The notes beneath the pieces are model-generated. The model worked only from the letters and a program-made list of their open reading frames with translations, was not told where the DNA came from and searched no databases. A stretch of 63,226 nucleotides of DNA, filler included, from Pelomyxa schiedti (Eukaryota; Protista; Evosea), in NCBI GenBank assembly GCA_020536535.1. It is 13 parts of 13 records of this genome, joined end to end, with 100 filler letters (N's around TTAATTAATTAA, not from the genome) between each part and the next. Parts side by side here need not be neighbours in the genome. Positions count along the whole stretch, not along the records: positions 34,537 to 49,072 come from JAHLWZ010000100.1; 12 more parts are not named here. The stretch is one strand, 5' to 3'. Positions 35,309 through 47,740 of the stretch are shown here, piece by piece (positions within the stretch are counted from its first letter, which is position 1; every line of letters starts with the position of its first letter). A program made the position numbers and the translations under genes.

Positions 35309-37350
35309 ATGGGTAATCACCAAACAGCCAAGCCGGCCGCCGAAGACAGACGACCGGACATACCCTATGTACACAACGGGGACCGGTGCTGCATCTGCTT
35401 CGCGCCCAAGGTGGCCCCGTACGCCCTCGCCGTGGAATTCCGGCTCCGCACCTGCGGCGTCGAGTCACTGACACGCCTCGTGATTCAGGGAGACGGGAGT
35501 GGTTCGGAGGCTCACGAGGACGACTTTGACTTCGCCGTTGCGGTTGTGGAAGGTTTACCCAAAGACGAGAGGGTCTACGGCTTGGCCAGATCCACAGTTG
35601 CCAGCAAGCTGGAGGCAACAAGGCAACTGCCAGCCCCATCGCGACCACCACTTCCACTTGTTGTGCTTTGTTGCGGTAGTATCAAGGGGGCTGTTGAAGC
35701 TGATGTGCCGTCTGTTTTTTTTCCTTGTGTTAGGAACCTGAATAGCTATCTGAATCTGTTTCAGCTCAGGTGCTTAAAAGGATTAAAAGGAGTCACTGGT
35801 GCCGAAGGACCTGCTCTCAGAGGTCAGTGGAGCTTTCCTCTGCCAAATGGCGAACTTGATTCCGGATGTGCAGCATGTTTTGTCTCTTTTTTTGCTCTTT
35901 CACTCAGATTTCTGGGATGTGAAGACGTGCACTACTTCACACCAACACACTCGAATGAAACTGGTAACTATCTGCCTCTGTTCACTGGCATGCTTGGTCA
36001 CCATGGTGTGCCAGTATCAAGGGATTCTGTAGACCTGGACTCCCTGGACTTGGGCTGGCTCAAGGTGCTGCACCAAGAAACAATGCTTGTAGAGGACACC
36101 ATTTCCACATACGCACTTGTCCACAATTTGTTCCTTGACATTACTGAGGCATTTTATTATTCTCTTGCCCTGGCCCTCAACCAAGATGGAATGCATCCCA
36201 AAGAAACTGATAGAGAGATAGAGCAAGCAAATGAGATAGAAAAAGTGAACATTGCCCCTCAGTGTTCACAAAAACAAGCAACACCCACAGCTCCATTGGA
36301 CCATCAACTTCAAGAAGAACAACAACGAATGAATGGTGAGAAGAATGGCTTTCTTGTTGCAACTCCTGATCCACATTTGTTTGAAGGGCCATCCCCCCTG
36401 CCACAAACATCAGACAGATTACAGCTTCAAATGGCAAATGTGGATCAAGTGTGCTGCTGGCTTAGATCTCTTGGTGCAACAACTGAGTGCCTCCAAGTTA
36501 TAAGAAAACATAAACTGGATCATAGCACACTTGTCAAGTTCTCCCAGGAACAGCTATGCGAAATTGGTCTTAAGACTGCTGATTCCGAAATTATTGTGGA
36601 GGGACTGCTTACGCAAATGATATCCTGTGAGGGTGAAGTGCCCAGCCCTCATGTAGATTCTCCTCCAACAAAGGTCCCTGTATTAGCGACAGAGTTACAA
36701 TACAAGTGCTTTGCATTTATAGTTGACAATGAATTTTATAAGACCCCGATGGAGCTACCTACGACCACAACCCCACCCAAATCCCCATCACTCAGTTTAT
36801 GCCAGTTCTTGACAAGGTGTCACTTCAAAGTGTTTGAAGACATTCGGACACCCACAAACTGGGCCATTTGTTTGGAATATTTCAAGAGAATACTGAGGAC
36901 AGCAAGGGAAGCCGGTGATAAGGTTACTAGTCTATTGTTCTATACTGGCCATGGAGTGCAGTGGCAAGGAGAACATTTCTTACTCATGACTGAAGAGACT
37001 GGCCTGGGAAGAACAAGGCTTGGGGCTGTACTAGATCAAATAACCGAACTGTGTGACTTGACAATTTGCCTACTTGACTCTTTTTTTCAGCTACCCCAGT
37101 TTACGGTAAGAGAGTACCAGTCATAATTCCTTCAGAATCACCAAACACTCAGATTACACAACAATTCACCAAAGAGCGATTTCCAGAGGGCTGCATTGTT
37201 GTTTATCCAGGTTCTGCCCCCTCCTTTTGCGTACGTACACAGACTCACCCAACAAGATACCGGGAATGGGTCTGAGGGCACACTCAACCAGAGACTGTTG
37301 ACCTGTTGCTTCCTGGAAGGTTATTCCTCCCTCCCAATTGATACAGTATT
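35309..37350 (+). CDS. Multidomain protein: N-myristoylation motif, TIR-like N-terminus (tentative), SAM domain, caspase-fold (C14) domain lacking the catalytic Cys
   Basis: MGNHQT start. SAM-like VCCWLRSLG...KHKLDHSTLVKFSQEQLCEIGL. Caspase-like FAFIVDNEFY, LLFYTGHGVQWQGEHFLL, ICLLDSF. Short introns follow 37104; the 3' end is approximate. Confidence 0.7.
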
Positions 37351-37985
37351 TTGAACACAAACAGTTGCGGAGACAGCCAGGCCAGGCACCCCGTTCAGTA
37401 CCCTTATTGATGCAACCATCGAAATGGTGAGGACAAGGTCTCATGGAAACCAGAGACCTTGGTTATCTAAAAGTGTTCCGGGTCACTTTGCCCTGTTCTA
37501 AAGCCACTATCACTGCTGATCATACAGGAAGAAATTGACAATCACACTTTTCACAAACTGACTGCTCACCACAGCACGGTATCTATTATTATTTCAGGAG
37601 GACTGGGAGGTGGTGAGGGCGGCTGTGACGTGCTGCGTTGGCGGTCGCGATACGGGTTCGCCTTTGTTGCCGACGGGGTCGCCGGTAGTGGCTGCTTGCT
37701 GTGATGCTGAGGTTAGGTAGGNNNNNNNNNNNNNNNNNNNNNNNNNNNNNNNNNNNNNNNNNNNNNNNNNNNNNNNNNNNNNNNNNNNNNNNNNNNNNNN
37801 NNNNNNNNNNNNNNNNNNNNNGACTGGGAGGTGGTGAGGGCGGCTGTGACGTGCTGCGTTGGCGGTCGCGATACGGGTTCGCCTTTGTTGCCGACGGGGT
37901 CGCCGGTAGTGGCTGCTTGCTGTGATGCTGAGGTTAGGTAGGTGTGGGAATTGGGTGGAAAGACATACAACAAACTGCAGGCTGT

Positions 37986-39737
37986 TCACTCGCGAGACGT
38001 TGGACAGAGGTACTTGTGTGGAGGAGGGGTTGGCGGCAGTGGCTGTTGTGCTTGTGGGTGCAACGCAGGCCGTCGAGGTACCGGTAGTGGCGGCGGCCGC
38101 TGTGGCCCCGACGCCCGTTGCGGGACCGCCGACGTTGGCTCCTGTTTGTGTGGTGGTGTTGGCGGCCGTGGGGCCGTAAATTGCATTGGCTGGTCTTCGG
38201 GAAACCTACAAGAGCGAGTGAGATGAGTTTCGAGAGCAAGCCTACGTACATCAGTGGAAGAATCACCCAGAGGGCGCTCGACAGAGTTCTTCTTTGCGGC
38301 GAGATGTATCACAATCCAATCGTACATACAGTCATACCTAGGTTGAATTAGCATTATTGCAGGGAATTGGCCGTACGGCGCACGTTATTTTCTCTCTATC
38401 AGCAAGGGTTCTGAACAGCTTTCTCAAATATGCGTAATCAGGCTTCTCTGAAGGTTGTAAACCAAGGAAAGAAAGAGGAGGGACGAAACCGTCGAAATGA
38501 AGACCCCGGCAGTAGGCTAGAAAAGACGCTAGCTCAGGTGGGAAACCTTTACAGAGTTGCTCCACAGTAATGGAAAGTTTTTTTTCGGATATCTATGTTT
38601 GTAAGGGGAGTCATAAGGTGTTGTTCTAACTCTTTCATATTTCTGATGCTTATTATCTGCTTTCAGTCCTTGCCAGGGCAGTGATCCCCGACAAAAGTAT
38701 GCAAGGATAAAACCTACGGAAAGTTGATTTTCGGTTAATTCCTAAAGCTTTGCCGTACCAATGGACTCTAAATCATCTCGACGGCTTTGTTCAATCCCTA
38801 GGTGAGTATTTACACTAGCATATCGTGCTGTCCCTGTTAAACTCTGTAGCATGTTAGTTGTGGAGTTATGCACTTCATCAACCTTATTTTCTCTGTACGG
38901 AATGTGGACGTGAGTTTTTGAATCCCGGTACTTTTTAGCCAAACCAAAGTCTTTTGTTTGTTAGTTAGTTTTGTAAAATGTGTGACACCTCATACCAATC
39001 AAGTAAACGGCTCCCGATCTCGGACCAACACCCATTAAGAAATTATCTGGAATACAGCATTGTGAACGTCAAAGGAAAGTAGGCAAGTGGAACCTGGCTG
39101 CCAAGACATTAGACAAGACTGTTTATTGTAAGAAGATTTACCTTGAGATCTCGGTGAATAAAATTCTTAGAGTGCACGTATTCTAGTGTTCATTAGCGCA
39201 AGGAGTAGCAAACAGAAGCTTGGAGCTCAAAGAAGATGTATTACCTACACGATTGAGCATTTGCTCTCCCAGCATCAATATAGTTTTCAAGGTGAAGTGA
39301 TTTTTACAAAAATTGAAGAGGTCCTGCATGAGGTGAGTGCTACACAATGCAGGAGGAGAGGAACCTCGAGACTGGGGCCCAATAAGTCCATCACCATTAC
39401 GTTGAGATCATTCTCAACTCCAAACCAGTGTACCTGCGGGATTCCAAGACCTCCTTGAAGAATTTTATAGAGCTTGTACTCATAGTAAAGCTGCGGATGG
39501 AGTGTGCGTGTGTTTTCGACTTTAACCTTCATGGTATTAAAAACAATCGCCAAAAAAGAAGGGAAAAAAAAAATATACTCACGGCATACTGATCGCCTGT
39601 CATAACATTCTCTCCTAAGACCGAGTTAATGACGATAAGGGGAAACAAAAAAACACACCAAGGAAAATGTCTCCAAAAGATCCGCTCCCGATTTTCCTTG
39701 TGAGCTTGTACTTGTTGCTACACACACGCATCTCCAT
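37986..39737 (-). CDS. CK1: Casein kinase 1 with a Pro-rich C-terminal tail, multi-exon
   Basis: [25 protein letters not shown]; [17 protein letters not shown]; [12 protein letters not shown]; HIPYRENK|[27 protein letters not shown]; [11 protein letters not shown]. Confidence 0.97.
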
Positions 39738-40039
39738 TTTTGTGTTGCGGTTACGGTGTCGCGCCTACTATCGGTGTTTCGGTTACGGCACTAGAGCAAT
39801 TTGAGATTCTTTTTTCCCACTTTCTTGTGATGAAGGATTTCGCGAAAAACAAACCCTCAGAGATGAGACGTTCGTTCCCTGCGTGCCTTTTTTGCTTGTT
39901 GCACTCATTTGATCATTTTTTTTTCCAACCCCTGCAGCAACAGTGAGATCTTTGTTTGATCCGCACCCGTAGTATATGAGCTCATTTTTATTTGTAAAAC
40001 CAGGCGTCATCACTGCCTCTGCAGCTTGTTGTATTTTTT

Positions 40040-40400
40040 GATAAATGGTGGACTTTGCTTTTTGTCATTGCTTCTGTGGCGATAATGGCCTGGAAAGGTT
40101 GTCACATTCCTCTCTTTTTTTCCCTCATTTCGGGTCACGTAGGCATAAAGTACATTTACCCTGAGCACTATTTGGGGTGGGACATCTCTTTTTATTTTTT
40201 GTATGCAATAGTCGTGGCATTCAAGCTTTTTTTTGGTTTCTTCTCCTTCCTATTTCGAAAGTTCTTAACTCATTATTTTTCAGCCACAAAAGCAAACAAG
40301 TCATCACACATGCCATCGCTTGCTATTTTCTTTATTCTCTGGATAGTTGTGGTTGTGTGCAATCTATATTTTATCTTGTGGCAAGTTTATGTGTAAGCTC
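40040..40400 (+). CDS. Possible exons of a multi-pass membrane protein
   Basis: Hydrophobic open frame with several TM-like stretches; start and exon structure not resolved. Confidence 0.3.
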
Positions 40401-40875
40401 TCCCTCGGCTCCACATGTTGCCTAACATTAACAATGAATGTTAAGGGTTAGAGCAGATCAGATTCTGAACGCAATTTGCTTTGCTTTTGCCTTTGCTGAA
40501 CTTGTATTAGGAATTATCATTGCCTTCAGAATATGCACTCTAAGGATTTGATGGCAAAACGAAATGATATAAAAGGCAAGAGCAAATAAACAAATGCTAT
40601 TGACAAAAACAAAGCACTTATTCAGCTGCATTGTTTGGTTTGTGTTTGAGTGGTGCTGTTTGTTGGATCACTCTGAATGGGGAACAAAAGTTTTTCTGTG
40701 GATCATGGCTGAAAATTTGGTCCCACCCACTTCTTCAAGATTAGTGTCTTGTAAGGATACCCCACGAATTTCCAGTCAACAAATCCAAATGGCAATCAGC
40801 AGATCGACTTTGTATCCTTTGGATGACAGAGATCCTCGTGGGAATCTCCGCTGACACTGCCATTGTTGTTTCTGG

Positions 40876-42693
40876 GTGACTAGTAGAGGCTCTTGGTATT
40901 CCATGCACTGGCAGCTGCGATTCGTCGTCTGTTCTAAACAACTAAAGAATGCAATGAGGGAGCTTGAACAAACCATTGTGCGCGGAGGGGGGGGGGGAGA
41001 AGGAGGAGGGAGAGAGTACTCCTCGACTCTCCCGCCCTCATTACAAGGACACATGGTCAAGGCATGAAGTTGAATGCGATGAAGGCGGCGGCATCCTCTG
41101 CATTGAGTCGTAGGCAGTGTCAGACACAGAATGCATTTCATGTAACGGTGATGAGTCGGTACTTTCAGAGAACAACGAAATGGTGTCCCTTGACTGGGAA
41201 GAGTTGTCGGAGGTCTTCGAGTCCCCAACGGCGTCGGGGGGCGGCAGTAGATTATGGGACGCGGGATCGGCGGCGCGTGACATCGTTAGCCGGTTGGTGA
41301 CGGACAACAAGTTGTCGCAGGTAGTGTCGTCGCTCGAAGATGACGACGCACCCGCAGAGCAACTGCAAAACGAGGTTATTGTTACATGGCCAACCAACTT
41401 ACAACGAATTAACTGTAATACTTGCATGGACCTTACTGAACCCCAGGTGACAGAGGAGTTTGTTAAACATTATGGAGAGTGGGCTCGCGGTTGGTGTTGG
41501 ACAAAGGGTGAAGGTGGTGGTGCTGGCGTGGTCACAGCCTGGTGTTGCTATTCACATAGTTTTACGGGGAAGAACCCACGGGAGGCAATTGTTTCTGCTC
41601 TTGTAGAGTGGCGTGAATGGGTTAAAAAGCTGGGCACTATTTTTGACAAGATGAGGTAACCAACGAATTTTCAGGCCATCAATTTCATTCCATTGCCATA
41701 GAACCGATTTGGCTCCCTACAATTCGCAGCAAGCAACCGCGCGAGCAGCATCCCATCTTTTGCCACTTGTTTTGAGGTGGACTGGTGCCGATGACGCCTG
41801 GTACTCTACATTTGCTCAAATACTGGCTTGGTACTTGTCTTCTTTCATCCCCGAAAGTGAGGCAATGGAGCTTATGTTGAAAGAAATGAGTGGCAAGTTT
41901 GAAAGCTGGTGTGCTCCCAATGCCAAAACATCTACATCCGTATGCGAATCCATTGGTAAAGTCCTTGGGGACAAGATTGAACAACTGAAAGAAGAGGAAT
42001 CAGAAGAAGGTGAACCATTTCTCTTTCACTCCAAGACTAATTTTCCTCCAAGAATCTTCTGTGACAGAATCAACAGTCCGGCATGCTACTACAGTTGACT
42101 CCCTGGCTGCCTGGCTTGCAATAAGGAACAGCTTTGCCTGGGCCCCACCTAATAAACTATTCCTTCCATCCCGGCGTGATGGCCAGACGGAATACATTAC
42201 AACCCATGATACCAAACGTGATCCGGCTAGAGCTACAAATATGCTGGCCGCACTGGCACAAGAGCGGGATGCTTCAGCAAGGGGGCTTTCCCTCTCTTTT
42301 GAGCTCATTGGCACATGGCAGCAGACACTTCTCGGGAGCCCATCTGTTCCTAAGTTCAGGACCACTGATGCATTTGCCAAGTCAGGGGAAGAGAGGTACC
42401 CCTTCACATCCTCCACAGTGACAGAATTCCAATCTGCACTGCAACAGTCAGAGAGTGACATTGCCAGAGGTGCAGTTGTCTGTGCAGCCAGGGCCTACCT
42501 GGACGTGTGCTTCTTCCACCCATTTGAGGATGGCAATTCCAGGTGTGCTAGGCTTGTTCTGGACTTCATACTGAGGAAGAACGGGCTCACAGTGGACAAC
42601 ATGGAGCCGCTGATAGTACCGTGGTATGCTTCTGATCCCAATGTACCCCTTTCGTTCCTCCAAGCCCTCGTTTCTGTTTGTTTTAAGCTGTGA
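40876..42693 (+). CDS. Fic/Doc-family protein with a bacterial-type N-terminal domain, interrupted by spliceosomal introns
   Basis: AARAYLDVCFFHPFEDGNSRCAR; N-domain HYGEWARGWCWTKGEGGG..VTAWCCYSHS; GT-AG introns near 41056-41113, 41657-41702 and 42010-42052 restore one frame. The true start upstream of 41114 is uncertain. Confidence 0.85.
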
Positions 42694-42766
42694 AGACCTT
42701 TTTTTTGTATCTGCCATGATCACAGCCGCTTTTTGTAAGTGTAGATCCTCGAAGAAAAAAAGAAAA

Positions 42767-43936
42767 ATGCAGCCGACACCCAAGCGGTACCGAACGAGCC
42801 AGCAGGCGAGACTGGACCCCCAACCCGAGCAACCTCGATCGCAACAACAGGAGCTCCCCCGCGTATCGCGTCGTGGCAAACGAACCAATAACGACTCGTT
42901 GGTGTCGTCTACGGTGAAAGGCGCTTCTGCGTACTTGGACAGGCTCGCTNNNNNNNNNNNNNNNNNNNNNNNNNNNNNNNNNNNNNNNNNNNNNNNNNNN
43001 NNNNNNNNNNNNNNNNNNNNNNNNNNNNNNNNNNNNNNNNNNNNNNNNNGCAACCTCGATCGCAACAACAGGAGCTCCCCCGCGTATCGCGTCGTGGCAA
43101 ACGAACCAATAACGACTCGTTGGTGTCGTCTACGGTGAAAGGCGCTTCTGCGTACTTGGACAGGCTCGCTGTTGACACCAAAAAGGTTGTTGGTGGTCGA
43201 CGGATCTGATTTTTGGAGATACAGCCCATCGGGGGACCTTTGCTTTTGTTTTTTGTTTTGACGCGGATGACTTACAGAGTGCGGACCAAGTAGCACGGGA
43301 GGTGACGGCCGAAATGAAGGTGCTGAGAACCGACATCGTGAAAATAGTGGACCAAAGGATTGCTCAACTGAAAGCGGAAGTTCGATCGAACTTGGTGGTG
43401 CGAATTGCTTTCAATTCTAACCATCGCCCCCCATTTTCCAACATCAATAGACATCTTTGGATCAACTCAGAGCCCTCAACTCGACAGAATACACAGTCAA
43501 GCAGAAGGTACGCACTTCAACTGTGTGGAGCACATTACCTCACTTGTAGTACAGTTCATTTTCCCAAGAGAACGTATGGTGAGTGTGCTAGAAAACTCAC
43601 TGAATGATATCTGCGTTTTTAGAGGTAGATACAACGAAACTCATTGAGTATTTACCACTGCAGTACGTTACTGCTGCTCGCGCGGTATGCCTCCAATTTT
43701 GGGCTGCTGTTCGAACTGGTGACCTGCGTGATCATTTTCCAAAATATCTAAATAATGTTTCAGTTTATTCTTGCCGCAACTGTGTACTTTCAACCGAGGC
43801 CCAAAGAGATATCTCCAGTGGCAAGACTACTTGGAAGCTTTTAGCTGACACCCTTGTTACACCCTGCATGAACTTCCAAGTCTCCATGCTCGAGGAGCAA
43901 AGATCCAAGACATTACATATACTTCTTTTTCTCTAG
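42767..43936 (+). CDS. Hypothetical protein with an F-box-like segment, multi-exon
   Basis: AAAAATG at 42767; coiled-coil-like exon; LIEYLPLQYVTAARAVCLQFWAAVR resembles an F-box. A 121-bp gap-flank duplication lies inside. Confidence 0.45.
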
Positions 43937-45153
43937 TGGTTTGATTTGTTGTTGGTGTGTTGTTGTGGCTGGGTGGTCGAGAAATAGGAAGGGCCTCCAG
44001 GGGGAACAGTGGACAGTGACAAGGATGCCCTGGCTGGAAGGCCCTGCAGGTCCCTGGTCACGATGATGGGGAGAGCCGTAGCTGCATCATACACCTTGGT
44101 CTTGCCCAGTGCCCACACAACAATGAAGCCATTTGGTGCCACGGCGAACTTGGAGCCCCTGTCCACGCGGAATCGCTTGTAGGGCTGACTGAGGCACCCA
44201 GTGTTGTACAAGCTGAACAGTAAGCCAGCATTTCCGGGCCGGGGCTCTACCTCCATGAAGCGGTGGTCATCTAGCTTTCTGATAGGCCATTGTGACACAA
44301 GGGGAACAGTAGAGTTGTAGCCGGTGCTCCAAAGAGAGTAGGACTTCTTGTCAGATGATTCGTCACAGATTTCTACCGGAACTAAGAGACCTCCTTCAGT
44401 ACCCATTATACCAGGGCGAGGCTTGTGGGCAATGAGCTGAGCAGGCTTCGATGACTTGCATAACTCCTTGGTGTTGCAAGAACTCTCCAGGTCGATTTGA
44501 ACCAGCATCCACTGCCCCTCATCCCTCTGGCACACAGTAACCTCGTCAGCGCCCGTGAATTCCAACCACTTGAAAGGCTCCCCATCCACCCTCACAGCGG
44601 CGCCATAGTCCGCGCCCTTCCAAACGAGAAGCTCGCCAGACTTGCCGCACCACAGCACGCGCCACCTGCCGTTGAGCGCGAACCCGCCAAACTGCGCGCC
44701 GCCGCGGCTGTGCAGGTGCTCCACCTTGCCGGACTTGAACCCCGTGGCCCTGACGACGCCAAAGGGCAGCGCGATCATGCAGGTCGCCCAGTCCATCCAC
44801 CCCAGTATCTCCTGCGAGTTCACGATCCACGTGTCCTTGCCCACGGTGCCCAGCGTCGCGCTCACGCCCACGATGACCGTCGCGCTCATCGGCTCCACGG
44901 CGGTGGGAGAGGAGGGGACCGAGGCCGGGCAGCTGGCGTAGTCGGCGCCGATCGCGACGCAGCGTGAGACGCGCAGGGCCCAGATCTTGCAGATCGAGTC
45001 GGCGACGACGTGGGGGACGGGGGAGAGGGAGCGGACGGGGCTGCGGCGGCCGCAGCGGGGGTGCAGGCCCGCCAAGATCGCCATGGCTTGGGCGCGGGGC
45101 TCGATGGTCCAGTAAGAGTCGTCGTGTTCTGGGGGCAATACGCTGAAGTCCAT
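43933..45153 (-). CDS. Intronless PRC-header family protein (about 406 aa)
   Basis: MDFSVLPP...RAQAMAILAGLHPRCGRRSPVRSL, VGVSATLGTVG, and a C-terminal VYDAATALPII like the other family members. Confidence 0.78.
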   Translation of the reverse strand: MDFSVLPPEHDDSYWTIEPRAQAMAILAGLHPRCGRRSPVRSLSPVPHVVADSICKIWALRVSRCVAIGADYASCPASVPSSPTAVEPMSATVIVGVSATLGTVGKDTWIVNSQEILGWMDWATCMIALPFGVVRATGFKSGKVEHLHSRGGAQFGGFALNGRWRVLWCGKSGELLVWKGADYGAAVRVDGEPFKWLEFTGADEVTVCQRDEGQWMLVQIDLESSCNTKELCKSSKPAQLIAHKPRPGIMGTEGGLLVPVEICDESSDKKSYSLWSTGYNSTVPLVSQWPIRKLDDHRFMEVEPRPGNAGLLFSLYNTGCLSQPYKRFRVDRGSKFAVAPNGFIVVWALGKTKVYDAATALPIIVTRDLQGLPARASLSLSTVPPGGPSYFSTTQPQQHTNNKSNH

Positions 45154-45480
45154 GTTGGTTGGTTTGTTTGTTTGGATGTATGTGCGTGTGTTGGTTGTGT
45201 CGTTTGTGGTTTGTTTGTTTTTTTTATGAATAAACGTATACGTATATAAGGTGTCATCGCTGACGAGACCTTGTACTTTTCGTTTTGTCAAATTTTTTGA
45301 TTTGACATTCATTCGCATAACAATCACTGAAAAGGGGAGATGAGGGGTCACAGGCACTGGAAGACCCCAAGCACAGACAGCAACACCCACCAAGAACAAC
45401 ATCAGTGGCGCTGTGATCACTCGGTGTCTTCAGGGCCATCATCATTTTGGAGTTGAGCAGAAAACCAAGGCCACACGACG

Positions 45481-47740
45481 ATGAGAGAAGGGCAACAGCA
45501 GGCACGGCGGGATACCTCGCCCGCCGTGGCCACGTCGTTGGGGAACAAACAACGGGAGGCAGGCAGGGTCCTCGTGGTCTCGCGGGTGGCGTGGGACTAC
45601 GCCGTGCAGCCGGTCCTCGCGGCCTCGTACAGGCCCCTCGAGCGCGACGACGTGGTGTGGGCGTTCGGGGCCGCGTCGGCCCTGTTCCCCCTCGTCGCCC
45701 TCGTGTGCCGCGGGGTGGCCGCCGCCCCCGTGGTGTTCAAGCACCTCGCCGACAGCGACCCGCAGGGGCACTCGCGCCACTGGGACGCGACGTGCGCCGC
45801 CCTCGCGGGGAGCACCGCGTGCATCGCCTGGATCCTGAGGCACAAGCCCGCCGCGACCAGGAACAACACGAGGGAGTGCCTCAGCGTGCTGCGGGGCCTC
45901 TGCGGAGGCGGCCACCTCGAGATGGCCAAGCAGCTCGTAGACGGCGGCGATGCGGCGACCGATCAGCGCGGGGCGCGCGGCCTCGGTTGCGATTATGGGA
46001 GCTGTGATGTGAGGTGGGTGAGGGAAGCGGGGCTGGTGTGGCCTGTGGGTGAGAGTGACCTGAGGGACGAGGTCAGGGCCATTGATCTCACTCCGGATGG
46101 GAATGAGGATGATTCCTTGTTGTCAGAGGTGTGCAGAGGGGGACACCTCGAGACAGCCAAGTGGGTTGTTGAGAGGTTCCGGCTGAGGGAGAGCTGGGAG
46201 CTTGCTGCTCCGTTCATGGCTGCTGTTCGTGCTGGGAAGCTCGAGGTGGCGAGGTGGTTGTGTGGATTATGTGGGGTTGTTTGGGCCGTGAACACTCTGG
46301 GGCTGGATTACCCAGTCGACTTCTACTGTGCCGGAAACTTGGAGATGGTTCAGTGGCTGGTGGAGGTCTTCCCAGGGAGCTGGAGGTTGGAAAAAGCTGC
46401 AAAGTGCCACTCCCCTGTGAAACTTGCTGTGGGTGTGATGCGAAACGAGATGATTACCCTGAAAGAACGCATTGAGGCCTTCCAGTGGCTGAAGTCACAC
46501 TTCGGCTTTGACCAACAAGCAGTCCAGAAGGTTGCCACAGGCACAGCAGAGGTGGAATCACTCATGTGGTTGAAAGAGACCCACGGCGTGCAGCTGACAC
46601 CGGCGAGCTTGTCGTGGTGGTGGACCGATGTGGAGGGTGTGGAATCCGTTGAGTGGTTCGTAAAGCACCTCCCAATGTCAGTCACAGCTGCCACTTTTGT
46701 TCAAGCTTGTGGAAACATCAAAGATGACTTGCACTGCGTGCGAGTGCTGTCACAGGGGGTCAATCTCACTCCAACCAACCACGAAGAAGCACTGATGGAA
46801 GCACTGTACTCTGGCAACATCAAAATCGCGAACTGGCTGGAAGCAACCTTCCATGTCATGGAGAAAAATGTCAATGCCACTGCCCCCAAGGCGAATTCCA
46901 CTCTCATTTTGCTGTGCAAGAAGTACAACAACTACTGCGACACAAGGGCCATCAGGTGGTTCTTCGAGCATGTATCTGCAGATAAAATAGATGAGAGTTC
47001 CCTGGCAAGAGCAGTGCGCCACACACGGTTCTCTGTCTTGTCATTCTTGCTTGAGTTGTTCCACTTTACACCCACTGCTGCTGATAAGCAGCAGGAGCAG
47101 CGCAAGTGGAGTGCAGTACTGCGGCAAGCTGTGACCACTGGTTGGACCCCAATTTCAAGTCAGATTATTTCTTGTGGGGCTGTTGACAGTAGTTATGCTG
47201 TAAATTGTGTAATTCAGTCTACGGGTTCGCATTTCATCTGCGGCAAAGCCATGAAAAAGCTTATACGCGAGTATCACCTGGAGGAGATGCCAGAACTCGT
47301 CAAGTACAACAACAATCTTCTTGCAGAATTGGTCCATGCCAATAAAACAAGGTGCGCAGAGTGGCTGATCCAAAACTTTCAAGTCACCCTGGAAGAGGTA
47401 TGTCCCTTTTGTACAAAGAAACACCCTAACTAAACCGAAAAAACAAAACCCACAGCTGCAGCACCATCCAAACTGCATCAATAGGGAGATTTCCTTTCCA
47501 ATGTGGAAGATGCTGCTGAAGGTTTTCCCACAGATAACAGGTGAATTTTTACTTAATTACCTGCGGTGCGCATTAATGTCATCACCCATCCACATTGAGT
47601 TTGCAATGAAGGCAGTTGGGATCACACAAGCCCAAGTGATGCACCTGGTGACTGATACAACATTACCGGTGCTGCCAAAGGAAACACAGTTGTGGATTCT
47701 GAAGCAAAAGATGTCGCGCCCTCATGACCACAAATGGTGA
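45481..47740 (+). CDS. Ankyrin-like repeat protein, two exons
   Basis: Repeated LC.GGHLE.A.W/L motifs (GGHLEMAKQLVD, CRGGHLETAKWVVERF, AGKLEVARWLC); intron from about 47398 to 47456; last exon ends at 47740. Confidence 0.8.
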
